Assembly: GCA_031400935.1 (NCBI GenBank)
Contig: JANNQV010000032.1
Location: 62,001 to 126,000 of the forward strand
Reading direction: 5' to 3'
From: Armatimonadota bacterium
GTDB lineage: Bacteria; Armatimonadota; Fimbriimonadia; Fimbriimonadales; Fimbriimonadaceae
DNA length: 64,000 bases
Part shown: piece after piece, positions 57,375 through 64,000 of the stretch
Position numbering within the stretch: position 1 is the first letter of the stretch
Layout of the letters: each line of letters begins with the position of its first letter
The notes under the pieces: generated by a model
The model's database searches: none
The model's input: the letters and a program-made list of their open reading frames with translations, nothing else
What the model was told of the DNA's origin: nothing
Made by a program: the position numbers and the translations under genes

Positions 57375-59402
57375 TTAGAACTTGATGCCGAGTGTGCTAG
57401 AAATGAGGCCACCCTTAGCGTCGCCATTGGAGCCAAATGCACCCATGCCAGCGATACCGTTTGATTCGTAGTCGCTCATTTGCCATCGAACTGACCACCA
57501 AGCGTTTTCGCTCATGTTGTATCGGAATCCGATGTTGTACCATCGTTCGTCAACATCGCCGCCGCTGAATCCGCCGCCAGTTCCGTCTCCGGGAGCAGCA
57601 CGATCAACAAGCGTCCACTTAACTAGCTCTGCGCCAACCCAGAAGTTAACGTTCTCTGAGAGCTTGTAAATCAAATCTAGCTTGTATGACGAAATTTCAT
57701 CATCGCTAGTCAGACCTACGTTGCCACCAATGTCCGTATTGGATCCTTGATACATTTCGGCAGAACCGTGAATCATCATTCGATCGCTAAGCGCGAAATT
57801 AGCCTTTACGTAGAAGCCTTCGATATCGGTAGGATTCCACCAGATTCCGAGTCGGCCCCAGTCGCCAGGAGCAGCAAATTGCGGTTCGATTGAGCGTGCG
57901 CCCAATTCGATTCCCCACTTGTCGCTCTTTGTGCTAAGCGATGCCCACATTGCAGCATTGTTGTCATCAACAAGAACTGTATCGTCGTTGTTGAGGTTGC
58001 TCTGTGAGTAACCAGCATTCAGCATCCAGCTACCAAGGTTGAAACCAAGTTCGCCGCCATAGACGACAGTTCGATTCACGCCACCGGGGCCATCGTTATT
58101 GTTGTCATTCTTGTTGTCAAGCTGAATCCAATTTAGGTTCAAGGTTCCCTTTTCGGTTAGCTTGATTCCCAAAGTTGCACCAAACATGGAATCTACCCAC
58201 ATTTCTCCGAATCCGAGACCGCGAGGTCGCTCATCGTTGGATCCATCACCACTGATATCGCCTGGAGTGAACGCATGTCCAACTCGACCAGCGGTCATCG
58301 GTTGGATGGTATCTCCATCGTCCGTCTCTTGAGTACCGACCGTTCCAACCCACATCTTAAGGTTGGTTCCGCCGAAATTGAAGTTAGCTGTAGCTCCATC
58401 GTACATCCAATCATGGTTATCCCAATATTGGTTTGAATAGTACGGCGTAACATCAGGTCGCTTCAAGAAGAAAGCGCCAGCTTGTCCGCCCTGTCGACCC
58501 ATCTTGAAATTACCAGTTTGGCCACCAATGCTGAAATCCCACCAAGCGTTAAACTCTTGGAGGTAGGTTGTCGAATCAGGATCGCTGTTCCAAGCAACCC
58601 CAGTATTAGTTGTAGACTGGCTGCCGAATCCGCCCGATGAGAAACCGTCGTTGTTGCTATCGCCATCCAGCATATTGCCTGTCGCAAGCACAACCTTCCA
58701 TTTTGGTCCAGTATCGTTTGTACCCGTCAAGGCAATATGCCCTTCGTGATACATACCCCAATCATTGTCAACGCTTGATGCGTTGCCTGTATTTGTGTTG
58801 AATCCAGTTGGCCGACCGTCAACTGTAATGCCGCTAAGACCATCAGTCGAATATCCGCCCCACATGAACATACCCACGTCGCCGTGAATGTCAACTGCAG
58901 GCTTTCTCTTTTCGAGAGCTGTAACTCTTGATGCTATGTCATTGACGCTCTTCTTTAGAGCTTCAATGTCAACGCCCATCGAGGCCAATTCCTTCTCGAA
59001 TGTGCTTGCCATCTTCTTGAGGTTAGCAATGTCATCGCCCCAAGCTTTCATGCCAGCCATTTCGGCCCGCATGTCTTCTAGCATCTTCTTGATTGCTGAG
59101 AGGTCTTGCTCTGGCATTGTTTCAAGGGCCTTGATTCGGGTTTCGTAACCGTCCATCATCCCCTTCAGGTGCTGCCACAATGCGTGGAGTGCAACTGCCA
59201 TTTCATAGCGACTGGCCGGTCGGCCGCCGCGGAAGTATCCGTCAGGATAACCAACGAGCAAACCAGCAGCCTTCATTTTGGCTAGTGCTTCGTATGCCCA
59301 GTGGTTTTCTTGAGTGTCAGGGAACGCATCTTGCGCGATTGCCTGTGTAGCGAATGAAGCTCCGATCACAAGACCGAGAGCTAATGTTAATGTACGCTTC
59401 AT
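57375..59402 (-). CDS. SLH-domain outer-membrane beta-barrel protein (OmpM/SlpA-like)
   Basis: Signal peptide, FPDTQENHWAYEAL..GYPDG..SRYEMA (SLH), coiled coil, beta-rich barrel ending in Phe. Confidence 0.9.
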   Translation of the reverse strand: MKRTLTLALGLVIGASFATQAIAQDAFPDTQENHWAYEALAKMKAAGLLVGYPDGYFRGGRPASRYEMAVALHALWQHLKGMMDGYETRIKALETMPEQDLSAIKKMLEDMRAEMAGMKAWGDDIANLKKMASTFEKELASMGVDIEALKKSVNDIASRVTALEKRKPAVDIHGDVGMFMWGGYSTDGLSGITVDGRPTGFNTNTGNASSVDNDWGMYHEGHIALTGTNDTGPKWKVVLATGNMLDGDSNNDGFSSGGFGSQSTTNTGVAWNSDPDSTTYLQEFNAWWDFSIGGQTGNFKMGRQGGQAGAFFLKRPDVTPYYSNQYWDNHDWMYDGATANFNFGGTNLKMWVGTVGTQETDDGDTIQPMTAGRVGHAFTPGDISGDGSNDERPRGLGFGEMWVDSMFGATLGIKLTEKGTLNLNWIQLDNKNDNNNDGPGGVNRTVVYGGELGFNLGSWMLNAGYSQSNLNNDDTVLVDDNNAAMWASLSTKSDKWGIELGARSIEPQFAAPGDWGRLGIWWNPTDIEGFYVKANFALSDRMMIHGSAEMYQGSNTDIGGNVGLTSDDEISSYKLDLIYKLSENVNFWVGAELVKWTLVDRAAPGDGTGGGFSGGDVDERWYNIGFRYNMSENAWWSVRWQMSDYESNGIAGMGAFGSNGDAKGGLISSTLGIKF

Positions 59403-59694
59403 AGTTCCGTTATTTCTCCTATAAGTTTTTTTGACCTTAGGAGGCGTACAAAAGCCTTTCGTCGCTGACTCGCTTGCACAACTATCCAAAGTTTCCTGTG
59501 CCAGCCCGTCCTCAATGTCAGCTTCTAATGCGCATCCTGCGATCAATCTAGATTCAGACGTAGTCCTATCTATTTAGATTATGGGCGATCTCCTGTTAAA
59601 ATTGCAAGTAGTGAACTTTGCAACTAGACCAAAATACCCATCATATATGTACTGCGTCTACAAATGTAGATACGTTTTTGGCAAAAGCAACGAT

Positions 59695-60708
59695 TCAGGC
59701 AATTGGCGAAGGATGACCGCAGTTTCGCCTAAATGCTTCTGGCGACAAGCCAACTCTTCGCTTGAAAAGCCATGAAAACGAACCTAAACTTTGGAAACCC
59801 ACTGCGGCGCACACTTCAGATACGGAGCAGTTCGTCTGCAACAAAAGCTTCTTGGCTCGATCCATGCGCCGTTCAATGATGAATTGATGCGGGGTTTGTT
59901 TAAAGAGACCTCGAAAGCTTCGCAAAAAGTAATTTGTGGAGAGGCACGCCACATAAGCGAGATCGTCCAACGAGATGGACTCGTCTAAAGTGGCGTAGGC
60001 ATAGTCTCTTGCTTTATACAATCGCCTGTAAAGCTCTTCCTTTGTGTTCGCACGTACGGCCTGGACTTCTTCAACTTCTTTCAAGACTTCGCTTTGCCGT
60101 TGAATGAGCAAGTTTAATGTCAAATGAAGGCTTTCTTGAACCCATAGCGGGTCTGAATGCATGATTGGAAGCTCTTCGCGAACTTTGCTTAGTCGGTCGT
60201 GAACCGGGTCTGCTTCAAAAATTCTTTCAAAAAAGTCGCCCGACTGCAAAAAGTTCTGATAGGAATTGTCGAGTTGTTCATCTATTCCCGATTCAAACGA
60301 TGCAAGCGCCTGGCGTGCCATTTTGGGATCAAAATAAAGCGACAGTCCGTCTACGCCAGATTCATCGTTGAACTCTATGGAATACTCACGTCCATGATTG
60401 ATGACTACATAGTTTGTTGGCTCTACTCTATGAATTCCGCCGTCTGATTCAACTTCAGCAAAGCCGGAAAACACTGTCTTGATGCTTAGATTGCCCGTCC
60501 CGCGCCAACAAAAGTGATTCACCTTTCCAAACACGATGTGGCTTTGGTCTCGATTTCGAAGTGATTGATTTGGATACGCCGCAAGCCATGGATTTAATTT
60601 TGGAACGTCGCCCTTTAGCCCGGCTAGAGTCAGGCCTTGCGACTTTTGTCGCAATCCATCAATCCCTGCACCAAAGTCATCTGTCGAATGTATCAATTCG
60701 AGTCTCAT
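59695..60708 (-). CDS. AraC family transcriptional regulator
   Basis: SLDDLAYVACLS.NYFLR.F..TPHQF; VGFQSLGSFSWLFKRRVGLSP. Confidence 0.93.
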   Translation of the reverse strand: MRLELIHSTDDFGAGIDGLRQKSQGLTLAGLKGDVPKLNPWLAAYPNQSLRNRDQSHIVFGKVNHFCWRGTGNLSIKTVFSGFAEVESDGGIHRVEPTNYVVINHGREYSIEFNDESGVDGLSLYFDPKMARQALASFESGIDEQLDNSYQNFLQSGDFFERIFEADPVHDRLSKVREELPIMHSDPLWVQESLHLTLNLLIQRQSEVLKEVEEVQAVRANTKEELYRRLYKARDYAYATLDESISLDDLAYVACLSTNYFLRSFRGLFKQTPHQFIIERRMDRAKKLLLQTNCSVSEVCAAVGFQSLGSFSWLFKRRVGLSPEAFRRNCGHPSPIA

Positions 60709-60842
60709 ACGAAATAGTATTTACGAAAAGTTCCCAAACATTGCTTACCAGGTTTTCATTGCAGAATGAGTCTTGACATGCCTGTCCGCCTTTTAGGCTC
60801 GTCTTTCACGATACAATAGTATCTTGAAATTAAGGCTTAGAT

Positions 60843-62348
60843 ATGTCGTTTGATTTTCTGGAAAGGTTTGAAAAAAGTGCAATTTCTCGAAGAGATTTGT
60901 TACGCTATGGCGGAATGGGTGTTGGTGCGTTCGCGACCGGGGGCATCGCAAGAGCGCTTGCTCCAAGAAAAATTGACGTACATATTCAATTGATCGCATC
61001 AAATAGTTCGGCGCAAATCCTATCCGGCAGCGCAACCAGCACATACCGTTATACGGCGCGGCTTCTCTCTGGCCCGAGGCAAACTCTTAAGCCAATTCCT
61101 GGATCGTTCCTTGGTCCAACAATTCATTTGTGGAAGGGCCAACGTGTACGAATTGACTTCTACAACCAGCTTGCAGAGGACACTGTCGTTCATTTCCATG
61201 GGCTTGAAGTTCCGCACAATGCTGACGGGCATCCACTTCATACGGTTGCACCGGGTGGAAGCTGGAAACATGAATTCGAAGTCGTAAACAACGCAGGGAC
61301 ATATTGGTACCACGCTCACACCGATATGCGAACCGGATTTCAAGTGAACAAGGGGCTTGCCGGCCTAATTATTGTTCATGAACTGATCGAAGAGAAGCTT
61401 GGGCTTCCCAGTGGCAACTTTGATGTACCCATCGTTATCCAAGATCGAAGATTCAATGCTTCCAACCAATTCATCCATTCAACTGGAAGCCAACTTGGGC
61501 ACCTGGGCAACTACATTTGCATCAATGGGATGTTTGGACAGACCTTGAATATTGGCACCCGACCCTATCGCCTTCGATTACTCAACGGCTGCAATTCGAG
61601 AAACCTCAAAGTTGCCTGGAACAATGGAATGCCGATGACAGTAATCGGCACGGATGGCGGATTGTTGAACCAGCCAATCGAAAAGCCATATTTGATGATG
61701 TCATCCGGCCAACGAAGGGATATTTGGGTTGATTTCAGTCAATATCCGGTCGGCACCCAAATAAAATTAGTCTCACAGGCATTTGATAGAGGCGGTGCCG
61801 GTAGCGGGACACCTGCCCAAGGGACTCCGATGGATTTGCTCAACGTTAATGTGAGTCAATCCATATCGAGTTCAGCCTCACTTCCATCTTCGTTGGCGAG
61901 CTTTCCAATTTGGCAAGAGGCGAATGCAGTCAATTTTGGAAATGAGAGAACTTTCGCCCTCGAATATATGAGTATGTGGACCATTAATGGAAACACATTT
62001 GAACTTAGTAACTACACGAACGATGAGATTATAACCATGAATCAGCTTGAAGTGTGGGAGGTTCGAAACGATCTCATTGGTGCCTTGGAGCAACCACACC
62101 CAATGCATTTTCACGGGCCTCAATTCCAGATTTGCAACCGAGAAAATACCGACCCAGGTACTTGGTACGACACTATTAGTGAAGGATTTGTAGATGAAGG
62201 TTGGCACGACACGGTGTTTGCGTTTCCTCGAGAAAGGGTCAAGCTGCTTACAAAATGGACAAAGCACTCAGGGCTGTTCCTTTATCATTGCCACAATTTG
62301 GAGCACGAAGACATGGGCATGATGAGGAATTTGATGGTGGTGCCATAG
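60843..62348 (+). CDS. Multicopper oxidase (CueO/laccase-like), Tat-exported
   Basis: SRRDLL; HFHG, WYHAH, HPMHFH, HCHNLEHEDMGM. Confidence 0.95.
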   Translation: MSFDFLERFEKSAISRRDLLRYGGMGVGAFATGGIARALAPRKIDVHIQLIASNSSAQILSGSATSTYRYTARLLSGPRQTLKPIPGSFLGPTIHLWKGQRVRIDFYNQLAEDTVVHFHGLEVPHNADGHPLHTVAPGGSWKHEFEVVNNAGTYWYHAHTDMRTGFQVNKGLAGLIIVHELIEEKLGLPSGNFDVPIVIQDRRFNASNQFIHSTGSQLGHLGNYICINGMFGQTLNIGTRPYRLRLLNGCNSRNLKVAWNNGMPMTVIGTDGGLLNQPIEKPYLMMSSGQRRDIWVDFSQYPVGTQIKLVSQAFDRGGAGSGTPAQGTPMDLLNVNVSQSISSSASLPSSLASFPIWQEANAVNFGNERTFALEYMSMWTINGNTFELSNYTNDEIITMNQLEVWEVRNDLIGALEQPHPMHFHGPQFQICNRENTDPGTWYDTISEGFVDEGWHDTVFAFPRERVKLLTKWTKHSGLFLYHCHNLEHEDMGMMRNLMVVP

Positions 62349-62669
62349 GATAGTTGTTGGGGTTTTGGGTGAAAATGGCCTAACTGTTCAATAGGTCTAG
62401 CAAGTCCGAAAAATTCTACAATTCAATTAGCCTGAAACCGATTCAACCTAAACAAACCCGAAAAAGGATGCCCAAAAGTCCTGATTTGTTTACGAATTGG
62501 TGTAACATGACTGGACAATTCAACGAAGGGTTGGTGTCGCCGACCTCATAGTGCCCTTCGAGTTTTTCGGGCTCCGCTTTTCAAGCGTTGTAGCCCTTTT
62601 ACTTGTTTTTACCCACAGTCATTGGTTCTTAGGCACTTTGAACGCTAGAATTCTTTTTGGAAGTTATTT

Positions 62670-64000
62670 TTGAGCATTTCTGAAATACAAATTGCTCCGG
62701 CAGAAAATATAGCCGGATCGGAAAGCGAAATACTCATTTCGCTGGAAGCGGATTATGGTGCCGATGGGCGCTTTGGCCGCCGCATTTTGGAAGTGACAGC
62801 CGACAACGTTCGAACTTTTGAATCCGACGGAGTCCAGTCGTTCCAGATTCCAATTTCGGAGATCGTATCTTCGAGAAATGAACCGCTAGTGAGCGGCGGA
62901 AGGCTAGAAGTAACCACAAAAACCGGCGAAATCCTCCCAGTCATCAGCTATTCATTAACGGTTTCTGCAAAGTTCAGTGAGGCCGCAAGGGGAATCGAGC
63001 AGCTAGCAAAGGGCGAACCGCTTTCAATCAATTTGAAGGACGAGGCTCTTCGATGCCCAAAATGCAAACGGCTCTTGCCTGAAAAGGACGGCGTTTGCCC
63101 AGCTTGCGTGAATCGAGGCAAGACTCTGCTCAGAATCATCGGATTCATGGCACCTTACAAAAAGCAGGCCGCGATGATGGCGGGGCTTTCGCTTGCGACG
63201 ACGATCCTCAATCTTGCGCCGCCGTTCATTCAGGGCCGTTTGATTGACGAAGTGTTTCAAGGTCCGAAAAACCTGCCGCTCTTGTGGCAACTCATCGGAG
63301 TTTGGCTTGTTGTTCTTTGCATAGGTTCAGTTGTCAACATAACCCGTGATCGCTTAGTCGCATTTCTTGCTGGGCATGTGGCCGCGGATTTGCGATCTGC
63401 TGTTTATCGAGCCATTGAATTTCTACAGCTCACTTATTTTGACAAGAAGCAGGTTGGTGCGATTTCCAGCCGGGTCACCAGTGACACCGACCGTGTGTGG
63501 GGCTTTTTGGTTGAAGGTGTTCCCTATTTCATGCTGAATGGCTTGACACTTTTGGGTGTTTCAGGATTCCTTTTCTTCACGAATCCGACGCTTGCCGCCG
63601 CGATCTTGGCTCCAATTCCGATCATTGTGGGAATCGGGGTCAAGTTTTGGCGTCCAATGGCTCAAATGTTTTACAAGGTGGGTCAAAAATGGTCCCGCTT
63701 CCACACACATTTGAATGAGTCATTAAACGGAATTCGGGTTGTAAAGGCATTTGCAAAAGAGGACACCGAATACAACAAATTCACGACGAGAAATCAGGAG
63801 CTTCGAGACAGCGGCGTCAACGCTGACACTCGCTGGTTCACCATTTTTGGTGGGATGATGTTCTTCACGAGTCTCGGCTCGGTCATTTGCTGGGCTGCGG
63901 GCGGATACATGGTGTACCAAGGCAAGCTGACTATCGGCGAATTCTATCGGATTTTTGCCTTGCTCGCACTTGTCTACGGCCCACTTCAATGGTTCGCTGC
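62670..64000 (+). CDS. ABC exporter (TMD) with extra N-terminal domain and CxxC..CxxC zinc finger, runs off the window
   Basis: Manual translation from TTG 62670: ...RCPKCKRLLPEKDGVCPAC...LAPPFIQGRLID...YFDKKQVG..SRVTSD...ESLNGIRVVKAF; absent from the ORF track (no stop in window). Confidence 0.85.
   Translation, partial: MSISEIQIAPAENIAGSESEILISLEADYGADGRFGRRILEVTADNVRTFESDGVQSFQIPISEIVSSRNEPLVSGGRLEVTTKTGEILPVISYSLTVSAKFSEAARGIEQLAKGEPLSINLKDEALRCPKCKRLLPEKDGVCPACVNRGKTLLRIIGFMAPYKKQAAMMAGLSLATTILNLAPPFIQGRLIDEVFQGPKNLPLLWQLIGVWLVVLCIGSVVNITRDRLVAFLAGHVAADLRSAVYRAIEFLQLTYFDKKQVGAISSRVTSDTDRVWGFLVEGVPYFMLNGLTLLGVSGFLFFTNPTLAAAILAPIPIIVGIGVKFWRPMAQMFYKVGQKWSRFHTHLNESLNGIRVVKAFAKEDTEYNKFTTRNQELRDSGVNADTRWFTIFGGMMFFTSLGSVICWAAGGYMVYQGKLTIGEFYRIFALLALVYGPLQWFA

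Overview
Gene-dense bacterial chromosomal window of roughly 50% GC. Gene content (SLH-domain porin, prepilin/H-X9-DG protein, BTAD-NB-ARC regulator, PheT lacking the B2 domain) suggests Armatimonadota/Fimbriimonadia, but that is inference only. Housekeeping genes include rplY, gltX, prpB/prpC, tRNA-Ser(TGA), dxs, fucI, pheT, trxB, tatC and aroF. Main highlights: (1) an unannotated ~500-nt, densely structured non-coding RNA candidate on the minus strand (~28362-28870) with its own sigma70 promoter, UUCG/GNRA/CUUG tetraloops and intrinsic terminator; (2) an operon of at least four ~300-aa acidic apolipoprotein-like coiled-coil proteins (1-3669) near an RqlH/RqlI-like RecQ-PRTase + DprA pair; (3) a SigB/F/G-type sigma factor fused to a catalytically degenerate GGDEF domain that keeps its RxxD site, directly downstream of pilC; (4) REP-like palindromes inserted in frame inside fucI and an MBL hydrolase; (5) frequent leaderless gene starts. 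No CRISPR array, prophage, integrase or transposase was seen. All calls come from reading the sequence; no searches were run.
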